In this document: one piece after another, positions 49,301 to 63,254 of the stretch
Layout of the letters: each line of letters begins with the position of its first letter
Position numbering within the stretch: the first letter of the stretch is position 1
Assembly: GCA_030704615.1 (NCBI GenBank)
Contig: CM060733.1
Location: 32,922,001-32,986,000, forward strand
From: Takakia lepidozioides
Taxonomy: Eukaryota; Plantae; Bryophyta
Direction: 5' to 3'
Length of the DNA stretch: 64,000 nt
Translations under genes and position numbers: made by a program
Notes under the pieces: model-generated
Databases searched by the model: none
The model's input: the letters and a program-made list of their open reading frames with translations, nothing else
What the model was told of the DNA's origin: nothing

Positions 49301-50681
49301 AGGGCACTTGGCAGCAGTAACAAGTGTGGATCAGGTGGAGACTGTAATGGACGCTCTGTTGCGTAACCGTAAAATTGCTGGAGCGACCCATAACATCATG
49401 GCCTATCGCATTGTCATGCCTGCTAAGAATGCTGTATGTTGGTGCCATTCATTAGCTCAAATATCTTTCTTCATCTTCTTGGTGTCTCACCATTGTGAAG
49501 CTCTCTCCCTCTGTCTGTCCGTCCATGCTAGGTTAGCAGCCCAGGAACTTGAATCTGTGTCCCCTTCATGAGGTGGTGCTTGACATCGACCTAACACAAT
49601 TCCGTTTGTCACTGTGTGCCCTGGTTTAGTGCACATAGTAACTAGTTAGTCAACTTCGTAGCTGTTTGTGATGAAGGTTTTTCCTTCTGGGTGAGCATCT
49701 TTCCTAAAGAAATTGGAAGAGAACAGACTTTGTTTGAAATGTGCCCCTTGATGGGTTATAGGTTTGTCCTCTCTCTGTGCTGCTAGCTTCCACTTGATTC
49801 CTCTCCCTCCCACTTCGGCTGTCTCACCATGAATGCTCTGATTTTGAGAGGAAGAGAGAGGGCTTTTGGGGTATAGGTGCTACAGGACAGTGATGATGAT
49901 GGTGAGACAGCAGCAGGTAGGCGGGTGCTTCATCTGCTCCAAATTGTGGACGCCCTCAATGTTGTATGTGTTTTTTGAAGCCGGTCTATTAAATCATAGT
50001 TGCTGGAATTACTACCCATAGGATTGTAAGTAGCCCAGGTTTTGCTGCCACCTTTGGCTGCATTGGATCCTTTCTTGTCCTGCATGAGCCTTTAGCTACT
50101 ATAAGCTCTTGGATGGTTTTTTGCAGGTGGTGGTAGTATCCAGATGGTATGGAGGTATTTTACTGGGTCCGGACAGATTTAAGCACATCAACAATGCAGC
50201 ACGTTCTATTCTTGGTGCCTGTGGCTACATTGAAGGGTCAGGATCTAGCAACTCCAACCACAAGTTTTTAGCCAAAGGCAACCCTTCAAAAGGTTGGCTA
50301 CCTTTTTGTTTCTTCCACATGGCTGGTGTCTTGGTTTTTGTGAACCATAGTTTTGTATTCTGGAAAGAGATACTCGCAGTTTGCAACTTTCAAGCTTAGT
50401 TTGCCAAGCTGGCTTTGCTTTTCTGGCATCTTGGCACATTCCCTGGTTCACTCAAGCACTGGCTTCAAGAGGCTTCTTTTCTTCTCCCATTGGTTCCTAC
50501 ATTTCTTTCATAGATGTAAGAATCTTTAATATGCGCCATATTTTCCCCGATGATGTTGTGTTTGTAGTTTAATATACATTTGTAAGGCCGGATTGCCTAC
50601 ATGACCTGTGTGTTGTTCCAGTTGTACTTTATTCTCTGAGGGTGTGGCTGATCAAGTTGAATTGCAGGAAAAAAGAGATGA
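46326..50681 (+). CDS. IMPACT: IMPACT-family protein (RWD domain + YigZ/UPF0029 domain), multi-exon
   Basis: QAEEMEALRSIYGEE; FPELYPS..P..FNAPWL..VIVFKWVEWLKEQ; HGAPFTEKKSTFQGHLA..KIAGATHNIMAYRI; DSDDDGETAAGRRVLHLL; VVVSRWYGGILLGPDRFKHINNAAR. First and last micro-exons inferred from phase-compatible splice sites. Confidence 0.9.
48070..48640 (-). mobile_element. Stacked RTEX-like LINE 3' ends in an IMPACT intron
   Basis: ORF remnant LFYCPLYYEIRGRFHCLF..FHYEDQKCLAAYL followed by the shared hairpin and (CATTT)n tail; further tail copies near 48150 and 48500. Confidence 0.6.
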
Positions 50682-51611
50682 AGGAGCAAGAGTTGAGAGA
50701 TGTTAAGATTTTCCAAGCCCCATAAGAGGCTAGGGATACCTCCATTGTGTGTGAGACGTTTTCAGAAATTATAGGAATTACAAGCCCGCTGGTGCTGGTT
50801 GGAGGATTTTCATGACTGGAAGAGCTTGTGGAAGTTCCGTACTGATGTTGTCACCATACATGGACGATGATCCTGAAAACTTCCACATCGTTAAGTAATT
50901 GTTGTAATCAACTTAGCAATATGTGAACGCGGTGTAACTAGAATATCAGTTATCAGCTGGATTCCAAGAGTCATCAGTTTGATTTTTATGGTAACCAAAA
51001 ATCCAATGGAGTGGGGGTTTTTTTTTTTCATTACGAAATTGTCTGGAAACCTTACCACCAAAGGAGATGAAAAGAAATACAAACCCACTGCACAAAGATT
51101 GCACCTTTGGCCCAAGGTGCTGAATGCCAGAAGCAGTGAATTGTTAATAGTATGTGCTGCATCATTCTTCTAAGGCATTTTCAGTTGGTGCCAATTTCAT
51201 ATCATACTATTCCGATTTCAGATTATTTGGAGGGGCACCAAAAGTGCCGTGATCATCTGATTCATGTGCCAACTGGGCATTAGGCCGCCCGAGGGTCCAC
51301 TGCTAAGGAACATGACATACAAGTTCACTTTCTATGATTATCTTTTTTCTCTTTGACGGAGCACTTTGCCGGTGAGTTGCCTCGACCACAAATTTGCTTT
51401 GCCTCGTGGCAAATTTCATTCGGCCATGTTTAACAGATGACAATATTCTAGAAACACCCTGGAAGTGCCACTGACTTCAAAATAGTCTACTATTCAGCAT
51501 AACAGTTACTCTTGTGTAGTATTTGTCCTTTTACTGTAGGATATCAATAATTATTTTGGAAGTCTTGCTATATACATGCGAATCTTGTTGTGAGAATCAC
51601 AATACTGGAAC

Positions 51612-54600
51612 TCAGGCGGATAGGTGCTGCCGAAGGAAGGCAAGAAGCAATTCATTGAATTTGGCAGATTGCTGTTCGTGGATGAAATGGTCACCACCTA
51701 GGAGCACAATGTCCTGCAGATTGGGCACCAAAGTCTTGAAGGCCGGACCTTCAATATACTCCTTGACACCTGGAAATCCCAACACCAAGTCCTCGTTACC
51801 GGCGATATACAAGGTCTTTGTTTGGACAGATACATTTGTCCAAGGTGCCTTCAGCTCCCAATTCCTGCAATTTGACAACCCCTAAATCAGTTTCCCTCCC
51901 TCTCTACTTTCAAGTATGACGTCCAATACCACACCTTTCACTGACTTTCAATTCTCATGCTTTGTTCTAGGTGCAATAGCTTATTTCGGCTGAGCATCAT
52001 ACATTCGTGAATTCTGTTAAGCACTAAGCAACAGTCAGAAGGAAATAAAACCATCTCACACAAGTAGGCTGGCTGTTCATCAGTGGTACATTTGTGTGTA
52101 GTCCACTCACCACTGTCAGATTCAGACTAATAAAGCTCCATCTCCTAGTAGGATAGTCATGTCTCTGCCTTCTCTCACCATCCAGAAGAAATTTGTAGAG
52201 GGGTTAAGAATGAAGTCTCTGTCCCATAGCTCTATGAGCTTATAATGGACATAATGAAGTTTATTTTCTTCTTTCTTGCTGTCATAAGTGGAAACGCAGT
52301 TGAATGCTGAATGCAGCTCATGTTCAGCTTAGACAACCGAAAATGCACCAAAGTGGATGCCGCCGCCTAATTCCCTAACTTTCCGAAACCGTATCCATGT
52401 GCTACTGGAGAAGAATGAAGATCTCAAAAGACATAAAGAAACAAGGCCTTCTTGTCAATTGAACCTCATGGCCCCTGATTCGTGGAACTCTCAACTTTAA
52501 TCAGGCTAGTTTGTAAAAGGTCATTTGTTATGTCCTTTGAGGATGGGGAGGGAGTTCTGATAGAGGAGAAACTCAGGCAGAGAGGTTTTGCCAGCACGTT
52601 TCAGGGTGAGCGACATGAGTTACAGCTTCACGATAACACTGCAACAAATGAAACACGGAATAGGTGTACCTTTCAAGATTACGATAGTAATTGAGAGGAC
52701 CACTGAAGCCAGACTTTTCATAGTTCTGAGTGTAGTACTGGAGATCATCTTCGGTGAACCATGAAGGCAGGCTCTTGATGGAAGGGAACGCACTAGATAG
52801 CTCCTTTCCCTCTGGTGCAACCATGCTCTCCAGCTTGAAACTTAAAAGAAACGATTTCAGGGTTATCTTGGTTCCTAGACTTGCAAAGTCCCGTTCTGCT
52901 CTTCCAGGTTCCTGCAACAAAATTGACACCAAGAAATAGGCCATTAGCAGCAACTAGGTGTCCACATTTATAACATGTGTCTCTCCATGTGTGTACCCTG
53001 GGTGTCAATGGCTGTAGAATTGCAGCTAGGTGTCACATCTGAGTGGGATAGCAGGCTACATTAGTAACGTTGGAACCAACCTTGTACATTCTTGTATGAT
53101 GTTTATGCCAGCCCTTTTGATCAACCACACAAATAGATTATTGCAGATTGTGTTGAAGCACTGCTGCTATGCTATGTCAGGCAGACTTCCCTAACCTGGA
53201 AAATAGGACAGTTACGTACTGGAAGTTCGGCCCAACAAGAACTTTGCCTAGATGGTGGGACGGTTCACTCACTGACTCTAGGGATTTCAACACGATTGAA
53301 GCGTTTACTCCTCTGGTGATACGTATCTCCTATTGGATGATTCCAGTAACAAAAAATGGATTACCCTATGCAGAGAAGTTAGTCTTATTTCCAGCAGCTC
53401 CATATATCCTTCAATGCTGGTGCTACTGTTACGGCCTTCTGGCAAGCCAGGATCCTTCATTATTGGCAAGCAAAGGATGTGACATGTGACAGCATGCACG
53501 CCTCTACATCCAGCCTAAAATTCCTGCTAATAGAAGGAGTGGAAACACATATGGGGTTCAAAAATGTCACTGGAGTATCTGGTTATACTCGCCTGATTTA
53601 TTGTCTGTGTTGGTTCCCCCTCTGATGAAGGTGTGAGCAAAGGGAGAGACAGCAAGAGACAACCGTCCTTACCATAGGCTTGTGGCTATACACTCCATGC
53701 AACACTTCTAGAGAGCAGGATTGGGGAAGAACAGAATGGAGGCCACTACAACGGCCGAAGATGAGCAGGAAGGCGAGGGGCCTTGAGGGTGGGAGCTAGA
53801 ATCCCAGTTGGCAGTTTCATCTCTCCCACCTCACAGGGTGGACTTGAACTCATGGGTGAAATGTTTGTCAATACCTGAGCGACAACATGATGTCTGAAGG
53901 ATGGAATAGCTATTTCTCTCTCACAGTAACTTTCATTTCATGAGAGCAAGCTCAAATCTGCATGCTATTCACCATGGACATTACTATAGAGTCAACTGGA
54001 GGTACTGAATGAGAGATCATCATGTGGATGGGAAAAATAAAGCTGCAGCACACAATACTACTGGATTACCCTACTGCCTGTGCTATGTTCTCCCAGACCC
54101 CATGTATAAAGCTTGCAATTGAGCACAAGAATTTTTGTCGGACGGACTTTAAATTGAGGGACAGTGAAAATCCATTATATGAATAGCAATGCATTCGCTG
54201 CAACGGTAACATTCGAGCAAAGATTAGTTACGGTCAGCTCCTAAGCAAGCATCTGGATGCGGGCTGCAACGATTAGATCAACAACTGACCTGGAACCTGC
54301 TCTGATAGAACCCTTCCCCAAATGCTTCAACTCCCTTTGAGAGACCGCTGGCATCTGCCGAACGTGGACGAAAGGGAACGCTGACAGCTACATATGCTCT
54401 AACCCGATCAGGTCGTAGCAAGCAGAGATCCCATGCAATGACAGCCCCCCAGTCATGAGCCACCACAAAAACCTGCAGCGGAAAGCAGTAGCAGAATCAT
54501 GACAGTGCAGAATGTGGTGCCTATTGTAGAAAATATATTGATCAATGACGGGTTCTTTTGTCAATAACCCCCACAAAATCTCCTGGCCAGGACAAAAGTA

Positions 54601-55736
54601 GCTGGATATGCATCCCAGGACATACTAACAAACACCACGCACTTCGCCTATGCTACAATCCCAAGCTGCAAGGAGGAGAAGAGGAAAGACAAATGGCAAA
54701 GGAGGAGGAGCTAGTGGGCTCCAGGGGAGAAGGAAGATGAAGATAAATGGTGCATAGTACAAACAGATGGATGAGCAAGAAGCCCACTCTGAGAAGGCAG
54801 CCTCAAAATTGCAACCAAACCAAAACATTTGGTGCAGAACCCACTGCTTTGTAATACCTGTTTCTCTCCTAGAGCATCCAGCAAGCCAATGAGATCTCCT
54901 ACAACATGGAACGATGTATATTGATCAATGGCTGTTGGAGCGTCTGTCTGGCCATAACCACGCAAGTCAGGTACTATGACATGGAAGCCAGCTTCTGCCA
55001 AAACAGGAATTTGGTGACGCCATGAGTACCACAGCTCCGGAAATCCGTGAAGAAGCAGCACTGCAGGCCCTGAGACACACAATGTTCACCGTACAGTGTC
55101 CAGTTATTAACATTGACGTGTGAGCGACCAAGTCACACGGTGAAGATTATCACAGAGGATAGGCTATTTGTGAGACTCCACAAAATCTTTCAATCGAGCT
55201 TCTGGAAGGTTTCAAGCCCAGAACATCCGAGAAGCATTGGCCACATATGCAAGCAAGCCACAAGGGACTAGGAGGGAGAGAGAGAGGAGCATGAGCCAGA
55301 GTGGGAACTTTAACAAGAGGTACCGACAAAGTTTAGTCTACAACTTCAGAAACATTCTTTCGCTATCAAGTGAAACAAAATTTAGTTATATGGTCTACCA
55401 CACCCGTTCTCCAACAGTTTGTCGTTATCCTACGCAGTCTGTCACCCATACCGTCGCCTGTAGACTAAAGTCTCAAAGAAAATTCCAACTTCCTGCCAAC
55501 GATTTTGACATTCATCTAGATTCCATATGCTACACTTAAAATTGCTTACTGATGCTACGGTTTGAAAAAGTTAGACCCAGCATGCCTAAGACTTCCAAAG
55601 AACAGAAAGAAACAGGAAAATGATTGAATGAACTGAAATGAGAAGATCAAAGGACGGACAACATACCGGAGCCTTGCTCAGCGATATGCACAGTGATTCC
55701 ATTGGTCTTGATAAAGCGATGCGTGATGCCCGTCAT
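51612..55736 (-). CDS. Soluble epoxide hydrolase (alpha/beta hydrolase), about 5 exons
   Basis: MTGITHRFIKTNGITVHIAEQGS-GPAVLLLHGFPELWYSWRHQI; PDLRGYG; VAHDWGA nucleophile; FSGPLNYYRN; GDHFIHEQ. Confidence 0.95.
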
Positions 55737-55997
55737 ATTCCCAGTTCAATTCTTGCCTGCAAATTTCAGTGAGCAGCCTCCAATGGTAGCGTTCCCTAAT
55801 CAATAGAGGCAATCCAGAGTAGAGAGGTTGGAAAGAAGGTGGGGGTGGGGGGAGCTCGGGAGCTCAGACGGAAGCATTCAAGCATTACCAATGCAAATTG
55901 AGTAACTTCAAAGACAACGTCCCCACAATGTTCAGGATTGATCTAGCTTCTAGCTTGCTATGGTGCAAGTGCAGACATCATCAAGAAAAATATCTCG

Positions 55998-56027
55998 ACT
56001 CAACTCAACTCAACTCAACTCAACTCA
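55998..56027 (+). repeat. (CTCAA)n pentanucleotide repeat
   Basis: Read directly from the sequence. Confidence 0.9.
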
Positions 56028-57057
56028 GCTGCGTGCACAAATCCAGTGTGGATCAACGTCTCCCCAGGGGAAAATGACGCAGGACCCAAGTGCCAAACCT
56101 TGCCTGGAACTGCTTCCAGCTAGTGGTAAGAGAATGTCATGGATTGACTCCCGACACTGGCAATGCGAATTAGAGCAGCTCGGTCCTCCTTTCTGTGAGT
56201 GTCTGCCCCGCCTGCACTACCAGAGCATTCCTTCAACTGTCCAATCGGCCCTTTCAGCTGCAATAGACAATCTTAAATTTGCTTTGCATAAGTAATAGGC
56301 GAGTACGAAGTAACTTCAGAGGGCCCCTGGAGGATATTTACATTCATGCACCTGAATTTGGTGGGGTCACGACGTCACGACTCACACGTTGCTCTGTACT
56401 CTGTACTTGATCTGTCAGCTTCCAAAGAATACTTTAGACCCACCCCAACTCTCACTCTTCCGAGTCACAATTTCAACCATCCAAAGAATTGGGAAACAAG
56501 TTTTGTTGTTAGAAACACCCGGGAGCAAGGGGTACCACATTGTGATGAAAAATGCATAGCACCCTAGATTCACTTGGATAGGGGGCATACACAAGGAGGT
56601 AGTATTGAGCAATCCACTTTTTTTGGGTACTTTGCATGTCAGCGGGAGTATTGCCCAACTGTCTATGTGATCAGAACTTAGCAACTCTTGGAAACTTTTT
56701 GCTTTACAGATTTGCAATTTCACTTGTACTCCACAAGAAAACCAAGGCTACTGTCCACCTTGTATGTCAAAAACAGTTGCAAGAACAGAAGTGCTCGATT
56801 TCACCAGGAGATTCACCAACTACCGAGACATTGATGTCTCCAATTCTGGGGCTGGTGAACCCTCTTGTCCCAGTCTTACTGGTGACTATAGGACTTCGAC
56901 CAACTTCCATGAGAGATTACAGAGTAGCATGGATTGAATGAGTAATGATAGTCACAGACCCATCCTGAGGGTAATTGACAATCCTACGGGATCCCTTGCA
57001 AGAAGGACACATAGAGAATGACCCAGACATCACTGCATGTCATTGGTCGCGAACTCA

Positions 57058-60000
57058 TCAAGTGGGCGCTAGTGCATACTCTCTGGGAGCCCTAAGGGCC
57101 TTAGCCGCTGCCATTGCTAAGGGGAGGGTGAGAACTACGCAGAGAGAACCACCCAATAAAAATTCAACATACCAACACACCTGCCTCCAGTTTCTTTTCA
57201 CAAAGCGGACCACTAAGTACTGGCCAATGCCCCGTTCCCACCAGGCCTCCCACTTTCCTTCACTCTCTGGCGATGTTCCCGCCTGGCTCTCCCTGTCCTC
57301 TTCATCTGCTGAGCCACCTGTTACTGAGGCCTCACTCCGACGGCTGCAACTAAAACACTCCCTTGCTCCTTTTGACTCTTCCTCCAGTAGCACACTTGGC
57401 AAGCCCCCTTTTCTCACTATTGAAACAGGACGGAACCTCCTACTGTCAGCCTCTGAAGCTAAGACCTCCCCACCTGTTTGTTGCATTTGGCAATCCAACA
57501 AAGGCTTCTGAGCCCTGCTGGAGGAGCATGCTGGTTCATTCAACGCATTTCCACCAGGACTATGAAGGGCTCTGGGAGACGTTCTGTACGTCCCAATGTT
57601 GCCTCCTCTACTTGTCCTACAATCAACCTCAGATGATCCCACTCCATCTGCACGACTATCTACGGGGCAAGCCGTCCCTGGAAACTTTGGAGGGGTGTGC
57701 CCTTCGGGCAGACTCACACCATCAGCTAATCGAACTTTCCGGGAAATGCCTAAAGCTTGGTACACCCCCTTTTGCTTTCCCTCAAGCTCATCCTCGCTAC
57801 TCTCCTCTGGTCGGAATGACTCGTCTGAGGCTATAGGATTGTCCCGCACACTCCACCCTGCATCACTTGAAGTATCCAAGTCCATGTCAACCCCATCTCC
57901 ATCTTTTCCAGTTGGCCCTCCCACCAGCTCCTTAACCCCAATTGATTTCCCCTCCTGGTCAACCACACTCCCCTTTGAATCGGGGCTGGACATATTGGAT
58001 TGGAGTGAGCGGATTAGCCTTCGTGGCGTAGTAAAAGGGAGAAAGTCCTTCGATGTAATAAGTGGCTTGAGATTCTGCTGAACCCAAATCACAAGCAGTT
58101 GTCAGTAGTATGTGGTACTCATTCAAAAGCCTGGAGGGCAGGCCAAAACCCATCACTGGACATGTTTTACCACAAGTTCCTCATCTGCATGACCTTATTA
58201 GACTAGCCTAATGTGTAGATATGGCAATAGAGATGGAATCTTCAATCCCTAGAGAACTCTCCTCATTTTGCGGCATGGTATGTAAACTTTGTTACTATTT
58301 TATTGCAGTGTACCAGCCCCTGCAAGGTTATTTGTGATTTAAAGAGCACAAAAGCCAGGATTGGAATAGCCTACCAATTAAACCGATTAAGGAAAAGCCT
58401 GCTGAAAGTCGCTAATAATACAAGGCTTACGAAACAGCAACAGATAAAAGTACAAAGGATTCATCCTACCTGAGAACCAAAAGCCTCCTGTGTATTATTG
58501 GCCAGGTGAGCAATTAAATTATACTGATGAGTGAGCAAGTTAACCCGGCCTTGGGGACTCCCTCCTCTAGAATCACCACGGGGCACGGGCACATTCTCAC
58601 CAACTACTATCTGTGAAGTACTAATTGGTGTAATTTCATTCGTAATCTTCACCCGGCCTTTGGGACTCCCTCCTCCAGAACCAGCACAGGGCACATTCTC
58701 ACCAACTACTATCTGGGAAGTACTACTTGGTGTAAATTCACTTGTAATCCCCCTCCTCTCAAGCAACCTGTCCCCCATTCCTTCTGCACTATACACACTG
58801 CTCAGCTTGCTATTCATTTCCTTTCGAACAGCCTTCTCAAGTTCAATTCCATTTACAGGGGATCGGATACTTGCCAAGCTCCCATTTGCCAAGCTGCTAA
58901 CATACTCAATTTGAACCAAGGACCCCGGGCTGCCACTTTGGCTGTTTCCCAACCTCAGCTGCTGTGCAGCCACCTCATTGGCCAATTCTCCCTGGTGTGA
59001 TTTCACATTGCTGTCACATAGATGTCCCTCCATCTCAATGTGAGCTGTAGAGACCACAGAACAAGTATTTCCATCTTCTACCTTCAAATCCACTTGTGAT
59101 TTTCCAGTATTGCACATACTCAATACATCCAGAGAGCTCACACATCTCGGAAGTTCGTCTTTAGAGTTTTTCGAAGAGGCGCAACTGCTCTCCATCTCCT
59201 GTCCAACGTCTCTCTGTCCCTCTGGTACCGCAGCTAACTCGTCGGCGCCACTATTGTCAAGAAGAGTGGGAGGGAAAGGAATAAATGTACCAGGGGTTGG
59301 AGCTCGTGGTCGTGCATACTTTCCCAACCAAACACCAACACCTGGCAGTCCCGACTCATCCTCATGAGAAACTACCCCATTTATACCCGAGCTTCGAGAG
59401 GGGACGTTCTCCTTCGCGTCTGCTGCAGAAACAACCAATATAGATATCCAATCATAATCTTGAAAGCAACTTCTATATGTACTACCTGAACAGATACAAC
59501 CTCTGAGGGACAGAGAGGGAGGGAGATAGGTGTACACAGGAAACTCTGCTTGTTAAAGCTTCACAACCATAGCCCATATGCAAGTTTGGACAAAGCAGCC
59601 TAGTCGTGACAAGCCCTACACCCAATTTGGACAGAGAACAAAGAGATTGTACTCATAAGACGTTGTTTGCCGTAGCCTTGTGGCCATTGACCCCGCGCCC
59701 AGTTTGAGCGGGAACGAAAGGGACAGAACCTACCTCTGTCAGGGGCTGACGTTGGTAGTAAGACTTACCTCCATATAAAGAATTAATCCGGGTTTTCCAG
59801 ATATCCTCTAGAAATCCCTTCACACAAGCATCAATCTGCTTGTGTGATTAGCCCAAAAACTAGGCCTCAGGAGGGCCTGGGCTTTTGGCTCAGCCTCGAG
59901 ACTTTCAAAGTTGGTAAACAGGGGTACAGGCACAATTCCCTTCATAGATTTGAAGAGAGCGTCTCTTTGGTGAGAGAACCCCGGACAGTGTATCAGAAAA

Positions 60001-63000
60001 TGAATACTGTCTTCAGATTGCCCACACAACGGGCAATTGCACTCTCCCTTTCCTCTCTGCTTCTGTTTGCTGTTCAAAGGTAGGCTTCCTGCCCTGAGTT
60101 TAAATTTCAGTCTAGTGCTGAGAGTGGGTAGACCCTTGAGGTCATCCAAGATGTCCTCCCCATGTCACAGACTGGAAACAAGTTCAGGGAAGTTTTCTGC
60201 CTAACTTCATTTTCATCAGACAATCTCATGGCAACAGACATGGCTGAGGACACTACAGCCTCTAAGTCAGATTTATCCAGCAGGGTCAAGACTTGCGGAT
60301 CCAGGTCCAGGTCCTTGAGGATCTCTTCTACTTTCTTCTGCCAGGACTTAGCCTGTTTGACAGGGCGGTCCTGTTTCCAAGATATAGAGTCGATTAACTT
60401 AGGATATCTGGTGTTGGGCATATGTTGCAGCTGACCCCACCATCTGACCTTGAATTCATCTCGTCGGGAGCTTAAGGACGGAATGCCAAACTCACCCCGA
60501 ACAGCCACATTGGCTGTTTTGGAGCATGCTGACATGCACTCCTTAGGCACCCCCACTTGAATGGATTCTAGAGACTTAGCCTGGTTGGAATTATCAACCC
60601 ATATAGCAGATCCGTACTCCAAGGCAGGTCTAATAACGCGACAAAGCATGGTTTTCTTAACCTCAGAGTTGACCCCTCTGCAGTGGAAAAATTTAGTGAG
60701 CCCCAGAGCTTTGCCCTTGTCAGTTTGAACAACTTTCCGGATATGTGCATCCCAATTACACTTGGGAGGAGAACTCAACGCCCAGGTAAGTGTAGGAAGG
60801 GAGGACCGGGATCTCTTGGCTACCCCACTGCCACTTAAGATCACTTCCTCCCTCTCCTCTGTCGTTGAATGCTACCACTGCACATTTGCTGACATTAGCC
60901 TCTAGCCCCCAAAGATCAAAGTATCTCTTCGCGCAATCAATCAACTCCTGGAGATTGGTTGGAGTCTCCCTATGCCTGCGAAGTCATCCGCAAACATAAG
61001 GGCTGGTATGGTGGTATCACCCACCCTTAACCCAAATCCCTCACTTTCCACATCCTCGAGGAGTTGATTGATGAAAACATTGAAGAGCAGAGGGGAGAGA
61101 GTACATCCTTGAGCTACACCTTGGTCTATGTCAAAGAAGTTGGACTTCTGTCCGTTAACAGTGACACAGCTTTTGGTGTGAGCATACAAGTTGTGGACAA
61201 CTCTCCACATCTTTCCCTTGATCCCACAAGACCAGAGGCGGAACCATAGGCCATCTCTCCACACTGTGTCATAAGCCTTTTTGACATCCAGGAAAAAGAC
61301 ATAAGTGGGTTTCCCTTCTTTTTTCCTTCCCTGGATAATCTGGCTTAGAGTGAAGATATGATCCACACAGCCCCCGTTTCGCCGAAAGCCAGCTTGGCCT
61401 TCGTGGAGCAACCTCTAGACTCCAGATCAACCTCAAGACGAGTACAAAGAGAGGAAGAGAGAGAGACTCACAGCCATGGGCAAGAGACTCGAAGTCATCA
61501 ATGGAGCTTGAAGGTGATGCAGTTGGATTGGTTGACCCATGTGACTGAGTCCGGCTCTTTGCAGGGAAGAGGGGTGCACGTTTCATCCTCCCACCTACAC
61601 CCACACCAGAGAGAGAGGGAGAGGGGACTTGGACCGAGTGACTTGAGTCAGTCGTTGAGGTGGAAGCTGGAGAGAATGACCAGTGATGTGACTCCTGAGA
61701 GACTGGGCTGGTTCGTTTGGACACAGGAGAGAGGGAGGAGTCATCAGAGCTCCAATGGTTTCGCCGCCGAGGTCTTGATTTAGGCTCCTCACCCACTCTA
61801 GGGGCTGTTGTGATAGCTGTCAGTCCTTCCTCGTCGCCACCATTTCTAGTTGTGTCACTAGACGCCAACATCTTGGCTGTCTGCAGTGCCTCACTCACAG
61901 CAGTGCGCACATGAGGCATCCTATCATGGCGAAAACTGTCCAGAGCCTGCATTGAATGTGAACACACCTTAAGGAAAACAATTTCCCATATCAAAGAAAA
62001 AGGCTTACTCTCTCACAAGCGAAACAGGAAAATGCCAATCCCCTAGGATCTCACAAAGCTCCATGTGGAGACAGCATAACATTTCTTTCTCTCCCACCTA
62101 CTAAGAGATTAGAGGGAACTATTGCCTCTTTAGACATTCCCAATCTTGGGCAGATTTGGGACCCAGTAGTGGTTGGCAGCTTACCTCTGAATTCTGTTTG
62201 GGGTTTTAATGTGTTCCATCTTGGTTTGTCTCGTAGTCTACTTTGGACTACGCCCTCTTGAAAACTTAAATGGTCGTCAACCAGCTCAAAGTTCCCCAGA
62301 GTAATTGCTCTGCTTCACCTCAGGCAGAAGGGGAAAGACAAGGGTAGACTTATAAAGCTCATTTGGTAACAACTTGTAAGGAAAAAAAGAAATTACAGAG
62401 AAGTACACATCTTCAAATACAGACTGGCAGGTGCGGTATATGTACATAACCCATTCTGCAACAACCATCTAACCCCTCCCCAACTAATTAATACAGGAGA
62501 GGAAAGTCTATCACTGACCTGTGTAGTAGAGTTGAGCTCCAATGCCAGAATATCTCTATCCACTATGGATAGTACTGCCTGCAACATCTTTGCCGCACAT
62601 TTACGATGCTGCCAAGAGGTGCCGGCGGATTGTAAAATTTCCCCACCTGAGCGGAGCAAGCTTAAGCCATAAATGCTCAAAGAGTCAGGATTTAAAGTGG
62701 CTAGTGACCTTGCCAGCTGCATATGGGCCACCGTGCGTGTGGATTTCTCTCCTAAAGCAAGTGTAGTGCGATGGCATACTTCAATAACTAAGTCCTCGGA
62801 TGCATACTTCCATTTCTCAGACTCAACCAGTGCTTGCATACATGCTGCTGCCCCTGCTGCTATAGGCTCCAACTTCCCTGCAGTGGTGGAAAAACTTCAG
62901 TTTACAATTTGAAACTGGAACAAGCACCGGACCAATCTTAAGAATTTAAAAAACACAAGATCTCATACCTGCAATCATGTCAATCAAAGGTTGAGAAAGA

Positions 63001-63254
63001 TCCCGGAGAATTTCTTCAGCTTCTTCTGTGGCAGTTACTGAGTCAATTGAAAACCGAGCCACTGCAGTGACCACCTTGGCACAAGCGAGGTGCAGCTGCG
63101 GTGAGCTCCCACTTGCTGACAGAGATCGTGTAAGTGTGACCATCACTCGTGTGATGTGGGGTACAATGAGTTTTCCATGTACCCGTGCAACTTCTTCATA
63201 CAGGAGTATAGCATATGACCGAGACCCACCTGCCTCTCGAGACTCCGATACCTG
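57058..63254 (-). CDS. SINE1: SINE1/SINE2-like ARM-repeat outer nuclear membrane KASH protein (5' end beyond the window)
   Basis: ARM region QVSE..LYEEVARVHG..IVP...SGSSPQLHLACAKV..ARFSID; AAGAAACMQALVESEKWKYAS; WQHRKCAA; FRHDRMPHVR; C-terminal transmembrane helix followed by ..EYALAPT*. Exons about 63254-62968, 62877-62519, 61967-61472, 59423-58470, 58078-57058. Confidence 0.8.
59650..61411 (-). mobile_element. 5'-truncated RTEX/RTE-like LINE inside an intron of the SINE1-like gene
   Basis: EGQAGFR..FLDVKKAYDTVWR..QGVAQGCTLSPLLFNVFI..MFADD; YTYLGV; PALEYGSAIW; CPLCGQSEDSIHFLIHC; only a few frameshifts. Confidence 0.88.

Noticed and set aside
53160-53900. ORF 53169-53489 and a B-box-like motif in the epoxide hydrolase intron
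   Set aside because: Probably old repeat debris; no diagnostic motif.
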